Source: Bdellovibrionota bacterium
GTDB lineage: Bacteria; Bdellovibrionota_C; UBA2361; JBGSMV01
NCBI GenBank assembly: GCA_041739995.1
Contig: JBGSMV010000029.1
Location: 80,371 to 144,370, forward strand
Length of the DNA stretch: 64,000 nt
Direction: 5' to 3'
Positions within the stretch are counted from its first letter, which is position 1, and each line of letters opens with the position of its first letter. A program made the position numbers and the translations under genes. A model generated the notes under the pieces. It was not told where the DNA came from. It saw nothing but the letters and a program-made list of their open reading frames with translations, and ran no database searches. Shown one piece after another: positions 18,226 to 28,276 of this stretch.

Positions 18226-19755
18226 ATGAACGGAAATGCTAAGAACCCTACCACCGCAATTAGCCCTACACGTAGTCAGGACTACCCTGAATGGTATCAG
18301 CAGGTAGTTCGACACGCCGAGATGGCGGAGAACTCTTCGGTAAGGGGTTGCATGGTCATTCGGCCGTGGGGATACGGAATTTGGGAGAGCATTCAACGAG
18401 AACTCGATCGAAGAATTAAAGCGACCGGGCATGAGAATGCATACTTTCCTTTGTTTATCCCGCTCAGCTTCTTTCAGAAGGAAGCGACTCATGTTGCAGG
18501 GTTTGCGAAGGAATGCGCCGTGGTTACTCACCACCGCCTTGAGGAGAAGGACGGCAAACTTGTTCCCGCTGGAGAGCTAGAAGAGCCGCTGATTGTGCGA
18601 CCAACTTCTGAGATGATTATTGGAGATTCATTCTCCAAGTGGGTGCAGTCGTATCGAGACCTGCCACTTTTAATCAATCAGTGGGCCAATGTGGTGCGTT
18701 GGGAAATGCGTACGCGCTTGTTTCTCAGAACGGCAGAGTTCTTATGGCAAGAAGGACACACGGTGCATGCCACTGAGCAGGAAGCTCGAGAAGAGACCAG
18801 TACCATGCTGCGTGTGTACCGGGAATTTGCAGAAGAAGTGCTCGCGATGCCTGTTATTGCCGGTGAGAAGCCAGATCATGAGCGCTTTCCAGGAGCAGTG
18901 CAGTCATTGTGCATTGAAGCCATGATGCAAGACGGAAAGGCGTTGCAAGCGGGGACCTCGCACTATTTGGGCCAGAATTTTGCCAAGGGCTCAGACATTA
19001 AGTTTACCAATGAAGCAGGGGAGATTCAGTTCGCGTACACCACTTCGTGGGGAGTCTCGACTCGGCTGATCGGCGGAGTAATCATGACGCATGGTGATGA
19101 TGATGGTCTGCGACTTCCGCCGCGTATTGCACCAAAGCACGTTGTAATATTGCCAGTGACGCCCAAGCCAGAGACCACGGGGCAAGTCCTCGCTTTCTGC
19201 GAAGAGGTCGCTGCGCGGCTGCGACGCGCATCCTACGGCGGCGAGCAGATAGTCGCGCACGTTGATAAGCGCGACATGCGCGGTGGCGACAAAATGTGGC
19301 AGTGGGTTAAGCGAGGGATTCCGATAAGAGTCGAGGTAGGACCGCGCGATCTTGAGAGTAAGAGCGTGGTGATGACGCGACGCGACCGACCCCATAAAGA
19401 AAAAGAAACAGTGCCGGTCGATAATGTGGCAGAGGTTGTGGCTCGAACTCTTGAAGAGATTCAGAAGACCTATTTTGACCAGGCCAAAGCGTTGCTGGAA
19501 GAGCGCACGCTGCGAGGGGTACAGTCGTTTGAGGAGCTGAAGAATTTCTTCACACCGAAGAACCAAGAGAAGCCCGAAATCCATGGTGGCTTTGCGATTG
19601 CCAAGTGGTGCGGAGATGCGAGCAGCGTTGCATGTTTGGATAGTCTAAAAGTAACAGTGCGCTGCATTCCTGAAGTACAGAGCGGCACTCAAGGAACATG
19701 TGTGCTGACCGGCAAACCGGCCAGCTTGGACGCGGTCTTCGCGAAGTCCTACTAG
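18226..19755 (+). CDS. proS: Prolyl-tRNA synthetase, archaeal/eukaryote-like type (no INS editing domain)
   Basis: VRPTSE, NQWANVVRWE, FLRTAEFLWQEGHT, LQAGTSHYLGQNF, SWGVSTR, C-terminal FAKSY. Confidence 0.96.
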   Translation: MNGNAKNPTTAISPTRSQDYPEWYQQVVRHAEMAENSSVRGCMVIRPWGYGIWESIQRELDRRIKATGHENAYFPLFIPLSFFQKEATHVAGFAKECAVVTHHRLEEKDGKLVPAGELEEPLIVRPTSEMIIGDSFSKWVQSYRDLPLLINQWANVVRWEMRTRLFLRTAEFLWQEGHTVHATEQEAREETSTMLRVYREFAEEVLAMPVIAGEKPDHERFPGAVQSLCIEAMMQDGKALQAGTSHYLGQNFAKGSDIKFTNEAGEIQFAYTTSWGVSTRLIGGVIMTHGDDDGLRLPPRIAPKHVVILPVTPKPETTGQVLAFCEEVAARLRRASYGGEQIVAHVDKRDMRGGDKMWQWVKRGIPIRVEVGPRDLESKSVVMTRRDRPHKEKETVPVDNVAEVVARTLEEIQKTYFDQAKALLEERTLRGVQSFEELKNFFTPKNQEKPEIHGGFAIAKWCGDASSVACLDSLKVTVRCIPEVQSGTQGTCVLTGKPASLDAVFAKSY

Positions 19756-19759
19756 ACAG

Positions 19760-19902
19760 CTAGAGTCCTGAGTTAAGAGTTCGATAAATATTTCTCGCCG
19801 CGCTCGCTGCTCTCCTTGTGAGTATATTTAATGAATTACACAATGAGTTCAGCGAGAACAGCGAGAGAAATACTTAAATGAACTTCTGAATCAGCACACT
19901 AG
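19760..19902 (+). mobile_element. MITE-like element family A, copy 2 (143 bp)
   Basis: CTAGAGTCCTGAGTTAAGAGTTC...GAACTTCTGAATCAGCACACTAG; long imperfect hairpin. Confidence 0.85.
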
Positions 19903-20033
19903 GGAGCCTCTGAAAAGCTCATGTTTCGATCTTTGTGCGCTTTGTGGTTTAATTAAATTTAGGCCAATTTGTAGAGTCTATTTGCACCAGTACTAACACC
20001 AAGACCACTAAGATTTTTTTAGAGGTTCCCTAG
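19899..20033 (+). mobile_element. MITE-like element family B, copy 1; shares a CTAG with family A copy 2
   Basis: Terminal inverted repeats CTAGGGAGCCTCTGAAAA / TTTTAGAGGTTCCCTAG; interior matches the reverse complement of 24115-24232. Confidence 0.8.
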
Positions 20034-20037
20034 ATAA

Positions 20038-20979
20038 GTGAGTATGAGCGGAAAGTATTTCATTGCCTCATTTTATCAGTTCAAGGAGATCCCTGAGGGT
20101 GATCTTGAAACCTCTCGGGCAGCTCTCGAACAGCTTGGTGCTTCCTTAGGTATTCGTGGACTTGTGTTGCTGGCTAGGGAAGGCGTCAATGCAACCGTAA
20201 GTGGCGATGAAGCTGCAGTTCGCTCCTTCGTTGGCGCAATCGCCGAGCGTCTCGGCCATACAACTTATCAATTGAAAGAGAGCTCAAGCCAGTCACAGCC
20301 ATTTCGTCGCTTGGGCGTTCAGGTGCGTAGCGAATTGGTAACTGCTAAGGGGCACACCTATTCCCCACAACCGGCGGATCAAGCAACGCACCTCTCCCCG
20401 CAGGAATGGAATCAGATGCTCCGTTCGGGACAGGACTTTACGTTGCTTGATGTTCGTAACTTGTACGAGTCCCGCATTGGAACGTTTCGCGGTGCGATTG
20501 CGCCGGGATTGAAGAATTTTCAGGAGCTTCCTGCCTTTCTTGAAACCAGTAACATTCCCAAATCAAAGCCCCTGCTCATGTTTTGCACTGGAGGGATACG
20601 TTGCGAGAAGGCACTCCCTGAACTTCAAGAGATGGGGTTCGCAAACGTCTTTCAACTGGACGGCGGAATATTAAATTACTTTGAGGCTTGTGGCCCTGCC
20701 GAAAGCGAGTTTGAAGGAGAATGCTTCGTTTTTGACCACCGTGTTGCGGTTGATCAGAACCTGCAACCGAGTGCAATTTACCGGCTCTGCCCGCATTGCG
20801 GCGACCCGGCAGATCAGCTGATTGATTGCGGCAAGTGTGGGAAGCAAGAAAGAATTTGCGAGCGTTGCGTGAAGATCGATTCCAAGCGGGCGTGTTCCAA
20901 GAACTGCTCATATCATCTTGGCGTTGAGCTTGCTCGTCGAGGAGAGGTGAGAGCGGAACGATCTGAGAGTGCAAAGTGA
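20038..20979 (+). CDS. trhO: Rhodanese-domain tRNA U34 hydroxylase (TrhO/YceA family)
   Basis: LLAREGVNAT, DVRNLYE.RIGTF, FCTGGIRCEK, LDGGILNY, GECFVFDHR. Confidence 0.9.
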   Translation: MSMSGKYFIASFYQFKEIPEGDLETSRAALEQLGASLGIRGLVLLAREGVNATVSGDEAAVRSFVGAIAERLGHTTYQLKESSSQSQPFRRLGVQVRSELVTAKGHTYSPQPADQATHLSPQEWNQMLRSGQDFTLLDVRNLYESRIGTFRGAIAPGLKNFQELPAFLETSNIPKSKPLLMFCTGGIRCEKALPELQEMGFANVFQLDGGILNYFEACGPAESEFEGECFVFDHRVAVDQNLQPSAIYRLCPHCGDPADQLIDCGKCGKQERICERCVKIDSKRACSKNCSYHLGVELARRGEVRAERSESAK

Positions 20980-21051
20980 GAGGGTATGAGAGTGCGCACG
21001 CAGCTCTTCGTTGTGCGGTTCTGAGAAGTTTTCTATCAAAATCAAAGTTAG

Positions 21052-21420
21052 ATGAATAGCGAAGCAGGATTTACCGAACTTTGTGCACGATTCGAAGCAG
21101 ATCCCAAAGTGCGTAAGGGGATTCGTGGACCATTCACCCTTGTACTTGCTGGTGTACTGGCCGGAAGCCCTGCTCGGGCCTTCGCGTTCGACCCTGCGCG
21201 CAAGCGAGTCGTGGTGAGCGATTTTGAAGCGGGGAGCCGGGGGATTTTAGAAGCCGAAGGTAACGAGTGCGCGCTGACCGCCGATGATGCCACTTGGGAC
21301 GCGGTGCTGTCAGGAAGCCTAAATCCACAGAAAGCTTTTCTTGAGGGAGCTCTGCGTTGTAGCGGATCAAGCGAGGTGGCGCTTTCGTTAACCACTCTGT
21401 TGGCAAGACAGTGGAATTAG
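21052..21420 (+). CDS. SCP2 sterol-binding domain protein
   Basis: TWDAVLSGSLNPQKAFLEGAL pattern typical of SCP2. Confidence 0.75.
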   Translation: MNSEAGFTELCARFEADPKVRKGIRGPFTLVLAGVLAGSPARAFAFDPARKRVVVSDFEAGSRGILEAEGNECALTADDATWDAVLSGSLNPQKAFLEGALRCSGSSEVALSLTTLLARQWN

Positions 21421-21781
21421 TTGGCCCGTATAGTTAGTCGTTCCAAGTTGACTTGAAGAATCTGGCCTTATTGGTGCTCAGGCTCAACACATAGAGCGTA
21501 AAGCTAAAGTGCCCGAGGATTGGAAGTTCTCCCCAAGGTATTGAATCTTTTCGACCTCCGGGAGCGGCTTTTCGGCATTTCCAGTCTGAAAGGCTCGGCA
21601 CTTGAAAGGCGCAGCGGGTGGAGGGATAACAGTTGCTCATAATGAGAGCTCAGGGGCATGTTTACTTGATGATTTAATTCAAGTATAAGGTAAGTGCCTG
21701 GTAAGATTAATAACTATTTCTGAGAAGACATTCCAGAATGGTTCGAGCTTTGAATGTATATCTACTTTTACCCTGGACTAT

Positions 21782-22615
21782 ATGAGTACCCAAACATCTT
21801 CCGACTCTTCCTCTGCCCGCACCTCTACTAAGTCCATGGACCACTCATCCCCGCTTTTGACGGTAAAAAATTTGGTGGCGGGAATTGAGGGCAGGGAAAT
21901 TCTCAAGGGCCTCAATCTCTCGATTAATCCCGGCGAAGTGCACGCCATCATGGGACCGAACGGCAGTGGGAAGTCGACCCTTTCAAAAGTTCTTGCGGGT
22001 CATCCTTCCTATAAGGTCGCCAGTGGTGAGGTCTTGTTCGACGGACAGAATCTGCTTGATTTCGAGCCTGACGAGCGAGCTCGTCAGGGACTCTTCCTTG
22101 CCTTTCAGTACCCCCAAGAGATTCCTGGGGTGTCGATCATGAACTTCCTTCGCACCGCACTCAACACGCGCCGAGAAAAGGACATGCCGGTGCTTGAGTT
22201 CCGTAAGTTGCTGCAGGAGAAAATGGAAATGCTCGAAATGGACAAGTCCTTCGCTACGCGTTTCGTGAATGACGGGTTTAGCGGTGGCGAGAAGAAGCGC
22301 AACGAGATTCTTCAAATGGCCGTGCTTGAACCACGCTTGGCGGTTTTAGACGAAACTGATTCCGGTCTGGATATTGATGCTCTCAAGATAGTGGCAAGCG
22401 GAGTGAACCGTATTCGTGAGGAGAGCAAGAATAAACCCGCGGTGTTGGTGATTACGCATTATCACCGTATTCTTGAGCACTTAAAGCCTGATTTTGTGCA
22501 TGTTCTTCACGACGGGCAGATCGTGCGTTCCGGCACGAGGGACTTGGCGCTGGAGCTTGAGTCTTTGGGCTATGATTGGATTACAGATTCGGCATTGAGC
22601 GCCCCAAATAATTGA
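21782..22615 (+). CDS. sufC: Fe-S cluster assembly ATPase SufC
   Basis: [51 protein letters not shown]. Confidence 0.97.
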   Translation: MSTQTSSDSSSARTSTKSMDHSSPLLTVKNLVAGIEGREILKGLNLSINPGEVHAIMGPNGSGKSTLSKVLAGHPSYKVASGEVLFDGQNLLDFEPDERARQGLFLAFQYPQEIPGVSIMNFLRTALNTRREKDMPVLEFRKLLQEKMEMLEMDKSFATRFVNDGFSGGEKKRNEILQMAVLEPRLAVLDETDSGLDIDALKIVASGVNRIREESKNKPAVLVITHYHRILEHLKPDFVHVLHDGQIVRSGTRDLALELESLGYDWITDSALSAPNN

Positions 22616-22684
22616 GCGCGCCGAATGAATTGCCTAGATAAATTGCCTGAATAAACAGATTGAGCGATTCAAAGGAATCATTAA

Positions 22685-24097
22685 GTGGGGAATGCAGCAA
22701 AATCTTACGGTGAGGAGACGAACCAGGTGCGTCTCGGCGAACTCTTATCTACCGACTTAATCAGTCAACTTGGTACAGTGCAGCTTGGTACAGTGCAACC
22801 TGGTGCAGTGCAGCGTGGTGCAGTGCAGAAGTCCACCTCGACTCGGCTGGTACCGCAGGAAGCGATTAAAAACGCACAAGCCATTCTAAAGAAAACAGCG
22901 ATACCAAACGCTTCACATGAGTTATGGCGACAGACTGCCCCTGATCTTTTCCCGCTGGAGGCATTGCTTCAGGCCGAGTCCGTTGAAAGTCGTGTTGAGC
23001 CGTTCGGCAAGAATGGTCCTGTTGGCAGTGTTAACGTTGGCCGTGTTAATGTTGGCAGTGCTCCCGTTGAGGAATCAGAACTGTTGCCATTGCCGCCAGG
23101 GGTAGAGTGGAGTCAGGACGCCAAGGCTTCTGATGAGTTACTGCGTGATGTGTTTGGACCACAGTCTTCTGATCTTGATACGGATGCGATTGCTCAGTTT
23201 GTTGCGTGCACCTCGCGAGCGGGTGGTATTCTGCGGGTTAAGGCCGGTACGAAGCTTGCCGTACCTTTGCGAATGCTTCAGTGGTTTGGCACTGAGAGAC
23301 AAACCACCCAATCTCGCGCTGGAGCACCAGTGTTTGTGGTTTCGGTCGAGTCCGGAGCTTCTTGCACGCTACTCGAAGATCTCGATAGTTCTGTGTTTGG
23401 CGAGAGTTCTGGGGGGAACTTCTATGCCCCGCGTGTCGAGGTAGTAGTCGCCGAGAAAGCCCGCTGTGAATTCGTGTCGGTACAGCGACTTCCTACTGAC
23501 GTTGCTTATTTGGGACGCCATCGCTTTCATTTGATGAAAGATGCGGAGCTCAGATCGGTGCACATGTCAGTTGGTGCCAGCGTGTCGCGCCTTGATTTAG
23601 ACTGTAAGCTCTATGAGACAGGGGCTCACGCAGACCTGTACTCGCTTTATCTTGCCAACGGCGAAAGACACGTAGATCTCCACACTACTCAGCGGCATTT
23701 AGCACCGCACTGTAGGTCAAATCTTTATTGCAAGGGTGCGGCTACGGACGAGGCGCGCGCGGTGTACTTTGGCTTCATTCGAGTGGCCGAGCACGCTCAG
23801 AAAACTGATGCGTATCAGAAGAATAGAAATCTGTTGCTTTCAGATTCGGCACGCGCGGATGCAATCCCAAATCTTGAGATTCTCGCAAACGATGTGAAGT
23901 GTTCGCATGGCGCATCGGTGGGGCAGGTAGGGACCGAGGAGCTATTTTACCTGATGTCTCGCGGAATATCTCGAGCTGAGGCGGAGCGTATACTAGTCCA
24001 GGCTTTCTTTGAGGACCTGGTCGGCAAGATTGAGAACCCGTTCGTCAAGTCGTATGTCGAGGAAGTAGTGTCGGGCATATTTGCAACGGTGGTGTGA
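22685..24097 (+). CDS. sufD: Fe-S cluster assembly protein SufD
   Basis: AQKTDAYQKNRNLLLS, PNLEILANDVKCSHGASVG, FYLMSRGI. Confidence 0.9.
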   Translation: MGNAAKSYGEETNQVRLGELLSTDLISQLGTVQLGTVQPGAVQRGAVQKSTSTRLVPQEAIKNAQAILKKTAIPNASHELWRQTAPDLFPLEALLQAESVESRVEPFGKNGPVGSVNVGRVNVGSAPVEESELLPLPPGVEWSQDAKASDELLRDVFGPQSSDLDTDAIAQFVACTSRAGGILRVKAGTKLAVPLRMLQWFGTERQTTQSRAGAPVFVVSVESGASCTLLEDLDSSVFGESSGGNFYAPRVEVVVAEKARCEFVSVQRLPTDVAYLGRHRFHLMKDAELRSVHMSVGASVSRLDLDCKLYETGAHADLYSLYLANGERHVDLHTTQRHLAPHCRSNLYCKGAATDEARAVYFGFIRVAEHAQKTDAYQKNRNLLLSDSARADAIPNLEILANDVKCSHGASVGQVGTEELFYLMSRGISRAEAERILVQAFFEDLVGKIENPFVKSYVEEVVSGIFATVV

Positions 24098-24114
24098 CAG
24101 GGAAGCCTCAACAG

Positions 24115-24232
24115 CTAGAGAGGATCTAAAAAGCGAAATCTTAGTGGTGCAAACAAACTCTAGAAATGGGTCTAGATTTGGTTCAACCACGAAGACCACA
24201 AAGGTAGAAGAACGGGTTTTCCGGTTCCCTAG
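24115..24232 (-). mobile_element. MITE-like element family B, copy 2 (degenerate)
   Basis: CTAG...AATCTTAGTGGTGCAAA...AACCACGAAGACCACAAAG...GGTTCCCTAG matches the reverse complement of 19899-20033. Confidence 0.75.
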
Positions 24233-24279
24233 TAGCCGGATAAAGGGAAGACAAATTTCAGTTCTAAAGGGATGGCAGA

Positions 24280-24594
24280 GTGGTGACAGAGATTGACGTT
24301 TTGGACGACAAGGATCTTCCTAATGGTCAGATGAAGGCCGTCAAGGCTGGCGCGAAGCAAGTGGTGCTGTGCCGCAGCAATAGCGGTGAGGTTCACGCCT
24401 TAGAGGATCGATGTAGTCATGCCGAGGTGAAGCTTTCGCGGGGACTTTTCGATGGAAAGGAAGTCACGTGCGTTGCCCATGGTGCTCGATTTGACGCTCA
24501 GACGGGGAAGGCGCTTTGTATGCCGGCCGTTACTGGAGTAAAATCTTTCCCAGTGCGTGTGGTCGAAGGGCGAATATTAGTGACGGTCTCTTAG
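24280..24594 (+). CDS. Rieske-type [2Fe-2S] ferredoxin
   Basis: CSH...CVAHG ligands, ARFD..TG. Confidence 0.9.
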   Translation: MVTEIDVLDDKDLPNGQMKAVKAGAKQVVLCRSNSGEVHALEDRCSHAEVKLSRGLFDGKEVTCVAHGARFDAQTGKALCMPAVTGVKSFPVRVVEGRILVTVS

Positions 24595-24671
24595 GGGGGT
24601 TGAAGGCTTTCTGCGGTGGGACTTTCTATCCTCTGGTGATTTTTGGGTGATTCTTAGGTGATAGTGCTTCC

Positions 24672-25145
24672 ATGCAACTCGACGATCTCTATCAAGAGGT
24701 GATTCTCGACCACTACAAGCGACCGCGATGTCAGGGTTGTCTTACCGCTTCCAATGCGCAAGCCTTGCTCTTCAATCCGCTCTGCGGAGATCAAATTCAA
24801 CTCACTATTGCAACTTCGTCAGGTGACCCAGCGGATATGGCGGGCATGACCCAGTTGGCAAATATCGGATTCTCTGGGCACGGCTGCTCTATTAGCCAGG
24901 CGTCGGCGTCGATGATGGCTGAGCTTTGCAAGGGTAAATCATTCCCTGAGGTGAGTAAGCTTATAGGCGAGTTTCGAGAGCTCATGCGAGGAGAGAAGAC
25001 GGCGGAACAGGTGCCTGACTTAGGCGATGCGGTAGCGCTTGAGGGAGTCCGGAAGTTTTCAGCCCGAGTGAAGTGCGCAATGCTTGCATGGGAAGCGTTA
25101 GAAAAGTGCTTGGAACAGGCCGAAGCCAGCGGCTCAAAAGCTTAA
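24672..25145 (+). CDS. sufU: SUF system NifU-type protein SufU
   Basis: LYQEVILDHYK.PR, NPLCGD, GCSISQASASMM, RVKCAML.W. Confidence 0.93.
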   Translation: MQLDDLYQEVILDHYKRPRCQGCLTASNAQALLFNPLCGDQIQLTIATSSGDPADMAGMTQLANIGFSGHGCSISQASASMMAELCKGKSFPEVSKLIGEFRELMRGEKTAEQVPDLGDAVALEGVRKFSARVKCAMLAWEALEKCLEQAEASGSKA

Positions 25146-25163
25146 TCTGTTCAGCTTCCCTGT

Positions 25164-26000
25164 TCAGCTTCCCTGTTCAGCTTTGACGGCTCTCCAGCAT
25201 GCATCCGAAAGTTCGTCTGCTACTTTGCTTGGAGGGACTGAATTATATCCATCGAGCCAATCTCTGACGTAAGCTAGCGGAATTCCAAACACGGCACTCC
25301 AGAGTAAATTCGCTCTGAGTTTTCTAATTTTTCCATCGCGAATTCCTTGTTTGAACGTCTTCGTGAGCGTGCGGCCGAGTCTGTCGAAGCCAACCATGGT
25401 CGGATGCTTGATAATTCCGCTCATAAATTCATTGTGGCGGCACAGCCATATATACTTCGAGAGCTGGTGGTTCATTTCAGAAAAGCCAAGGAATGACCGA
25501 ACCACGGTCCTGACTTGATCCGAGACATCATCTTTCGGGTTTATCGATTCTTCCAGCGCTTTGCGGAACGCGCGAATGCCTTCGTCATACAATGCGGTGG
25601 CAACTTCTTCCTTGTTCTTGAAGGTGTGGTAAATCGACCCGACGCTACATTTACTGACGCGGCTTAAATCAGGCACATTCGTATTGAAGTAACCTTGTTC
25701 AACAAAGAGCTTCAAAGCTGCTGCCAATATGCGCTGGCGCGGAGTGAAGGAACTTACGTCCGGGCGTTCAAGTTCTACGCGGGTCAGACCAGTTGGGTTG
25801 GAGCGGCTCTCAGAATTGCGTCCTCCATGAGCTGCTCCATGAGCTGCTCCATGAGCTCCTCCATGAGCTCCTCCATGAGACTGAGTGGTGGAAGGAGACG
25901 AGCCCGATGTGGGCTTCTCAACGGGCTCTGCAGTGAGGCCGACTGTAAGTCCGGCGATTGTGCTCTTTGGATCAGTGCTTGTCACAGATGTTTCCGCCAA
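25164..26000 (-). CDS. TetR/AcrR-family regulator with His/Gly-repeat N-terminal extension
   Basis: RQRILAAALKLFVEQGY..T...SVGSIYHTFKNKEE helix-turn-helix; start uncertain (TTG). Confidence 0.88.
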   Translation of the reverse strand: MAETSVTSTDPKSTIAGLTVGLTAEPVEKPTSGSSPSTTQSHGGAHGGAHGAAHGAAHGGRNSESRSNPTGLTRVELERPDVSSFTPRQRILAAALKLFVEQGYFNTNVPDLSRVSKCSVGSIYHTFKNKEEVATALYDEGIRAFRKALEESINPKDDVSDQVRTVVRSFLGFSEMNHQLSKYIWLCRHNEFMSGIIKHPTMVGFDRLGRTLTKTFKQGIRDGKIRKLRANLLWSAVFGIPLAYVRDWLDGYNSVPPSKVADELSDACWRAVKAEQGS

Positions 26001-26323
26001 CGGTCATTCTTGAACTCTTAATACGGAGTATCCCATGCCTACCCCCGATAGAGTAGAGCTTACTAAGCGCGCAAATACCTAAGGGTTGCCTGAGACCTAA
26101 GGGTTGCCTGAGAGTGGACAGGGCTCAAAACTACATGTTTGGCCAGCTTCCAGATGCAAGGTGCCCCTTCATCGCGCTCTTGAAAATAGCGTCATACACT
26201 TAGAATCGGCAAGGGTCGACACTTGCGTATTGGGACGCTTCGCTTGAGGAGGATTGAGGACATGCTCTCTGCATGGGGATGTAGCGCGCATTCATCGTGG
26301 TGCTTAAACCAAGCTTGCCTTAC

Positions 26324-26343
26324 CTCGCCCATTTGAGGGCGAG
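26324..26343. terminator. Hairpin downstream of the response regulator gene
   Basis: CTCGCCC-ATTTGA-GGGCGAG; no strong U-tract. Confidence 0.35.
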
Positions 26344-26400
26344 TACACATCGCTCAAACAGGCAATGTATGCGGGCAACGTATGATCGCGCAGCAGTCCC

Positions 26401-27048
26401 CTACAGGGAAATCAGCTTACTTTGAATCGCAAGCTTGACGAGCTCAGCATTGGTCTTCACGTTGAGCTTCTTAAGAATATTGCTACGGTGCGTGTCGACG
26501 GTTCGGGTGCTGATGTGCAGCATTTTTCCGATCGTTCGATTTGGCTTGCCGTCAGCAAGGTGTGTAAGAATCTCGATTTCGCGCTTTGTGAGCACCGCAA
26601 GTGGATTTGGGCCATTCACTGAGGGGACGCCGTCGGGCTGCATCAGCGCAGTCGTCACCGATGGGCTCAAATACGTATTCCCACTCAACACAGAGCTAAT
26701 GGCAAACTCCAGCTCTTCGATCTTTGCGTTCTTCGGCAGAAAGCCTTTGGCTCCAGCTTGTAGTGCCGCCCTGACATTTTGTGGGCTCTCGTCGGCAGAG
26801 AAGACCAGAATCGGTAGCTGGTAGTTGGAGATTCTCAACTGCTCGATGGCTTTTAGTCCATCAAGCTTTGGCATCTCAACGTCCACCACAAGTACATCTG
26901 GTACGTTGTTTTTAACCATTTGTAGCAATTCCTCACCGTCGGAGGCTTGCCCGATCACCGCAAATTTTCCCCGCCCTTGCAACATTTCACAGAGGGCTTG
27001 ACGAAGGACCACGTGGTCATCGGCAAGAAGTAGTTTCACCGTATCCAT
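26401..27048 (-). CDS. NarL/FixJ-family response regulator (REC + LuxR HTH)
   Basis: LLADDH, DVEMPKLDG, LTKREIEIL, ISTRTVDTHRSNILKKL. Confidence 0.95.
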   Translation of the reverse strand: MDTVKLLLADDHVVLRQALCEMLQGRGKFAVIGQASDGEELLQMVKNNVPDVLVVDVEMPKLDGLKAIEQLRISNYQLPILVFSADESPQNVRAALQAGAKGFLPKNAKIEELEFAISSVLSGNTYLSPSVTTALMQPDGVPSVNGPNPLAVLTKREIEILTHLADGKPNRTIGKMLHISTRTVDTHRSNILKKLNVKTNAELVKLAIQSKLISL

Positions 27049-27325
27049 ACCACCTCACTTATTTAAACCTTTAGAAAAACATCTCTCATCGCTTCAAGTC
27101 GCAAGGCCCAGAGCGCAATGCGCGGAGAGAACAATACCTCTGTTGGCGCTCCCTCTCAGGGAACTAATACGTCAATCTCGTACGATTTCTTTAGGCTTTC
27201 TCTCAGAAGAAATTTGCTTAATTGAAAATCGTAGTGAAGCGGAGAATAATCACTGTGAAATCAACAAGATAGAAAGACCTGGGGATAGTGCTGAAACGAG
27301 GGCAGGACTCGGGGCAGTCTGGGAT

Positions 27326-27463
27326 CGAGGGTCCTGAGTTAACGGTTCGATGAATAATTCTCGCAGTGCTCGCTGATCTCTTTGTGAATATATTTAGTTG
27401 AACAATGAGTTCAGCACGAACAGCGAGAAAAATACTTCAATGAACGTCGACTCAGCATGCGAG
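27326..27463 (+). mobile_element. MITE-like element family A, copy 3 (flanked by CGAG direct repeats)
   Basis: CGAG-GGTCCTGAGTTAACGGTTC...GAACGTCGACTCAGCATG-CGAG; interior aligns with copy 2. Confidence 0.8.
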
Positions 27464-27492
27464 GAGTCTGTGACACAGGCACAGACTCCTAG
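27460..27492. mobile_element. Collapsed, ends-only remnant of MITE family C
   Basis: AGGAGTCTGTG-ACACAGG-CACAGACTCCT-AG hairpin; 25 nt identical to 35891-35915; terminal CTAG contains the stop of the PH-domain gene. Confidence 0.7.
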
Positions 27493-28010
27493 CGCCGCTG
27501 CAGGCTGGCCTCGCGAAATTCTTCAATAAGCTTTGCCAGCTCCAGAGGTGAGAGAACTCCCGATATGGTGAGTTCTGCCCCGTCCGTTCCCGCAGAATCA
27601 AGTAATACGTTTCCAAAGTTAAATAGCCGGCCCGGAATTGTCTGCTCAACCTGGACAGCCCTGATGTCTGTATACTTGAGCGAGGGGACGCTGGAGTTCA
27701 AGGAGAGCCGTCCTTCGTAGTGATTAATTTTCTCGAGCCCAAACACGTACAGATCGTCGTGATATCGACGCAAAATCTCGAGCAACACCACTGCGGGGAC
27801 TAATGAAATCCAGCGCATGCTAAGGCCCCCAATTACCGGCAGCGACTGTGGTAGCCCACTTTCGGGGAAAGCGATCAGCAGCGCAACGACAGCGGCGATG
27901 CTTAGTACCAGAATAGAAATTGGGACCAAATTAGAGCGAAACGCTCTTCTCGTTTCAAATAGATTGGCCGGGTCTGCTCCCTGGGTAAGCGTTTCCAACT
28001 TCGGGTACAT
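27489..28010 (-). CDS. Membrane protein with bacterial PH (bPH_2/YdbT-like) domain
   Basis: Two TM helices, then DIRAVQVEQTIPGRLFNFGNVLLDSAG. Confidence 0.8.
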   Translation of the reverse strand: MYPKLETLTQGADPANLFETRRAFRSNLVPISILVLSIAAVVALLIAFPESGLPQSLPVIGGLSMRWISLVPAVVLLEILRRYHDDLYVFGLEKINHYEGRLSLNSSVPSLKYTDIRAVQVEQTIPGRLFNFGNVLLDSAGTDGAELTISGVLSPLELAKLIEEFREASLQRR

Positions 28011-28132
28011 CTTGAAACACCGTATGTAGAGTTTTCTTCTTGCCCTATATCGCTTGCCAGCGAACTAAATTTGGCCCCTGGTGACTGCGCAAAGAGGGCC
28101 CTTCACTCAAAATCGCCGATCTTGGCCTCACT

Positions 28133-28148
28133 CGGCAAGCGACTTGCA
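28133..28148 (+). promoter_or_regulatory. Sigma54 (-24/-12) promoter of the flgF operon
   Basis: CGGCAAGCGACTTGCA, GG-N10-GC, ~130 bp upstream of the first operon gene. Confidence 0.65.
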
Positions 28149-28276
28149 ATGTAACAGCTCGAGGAGAATTCGAACATGTATATTCGGGGACTTAGCCTGT
28201 CTGACGTGACAACGGACTGACAGCAGCCCGAACGACGTGTTGGATTGTTGACGCTTAACGAGGCGAAGGAACGCAC

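Noticed and set aside
18226-19755. Archaeal/eukaryote-type ProRS in a bacterium
   Set aside because: Well documented in many bacterial phyla; not novel.
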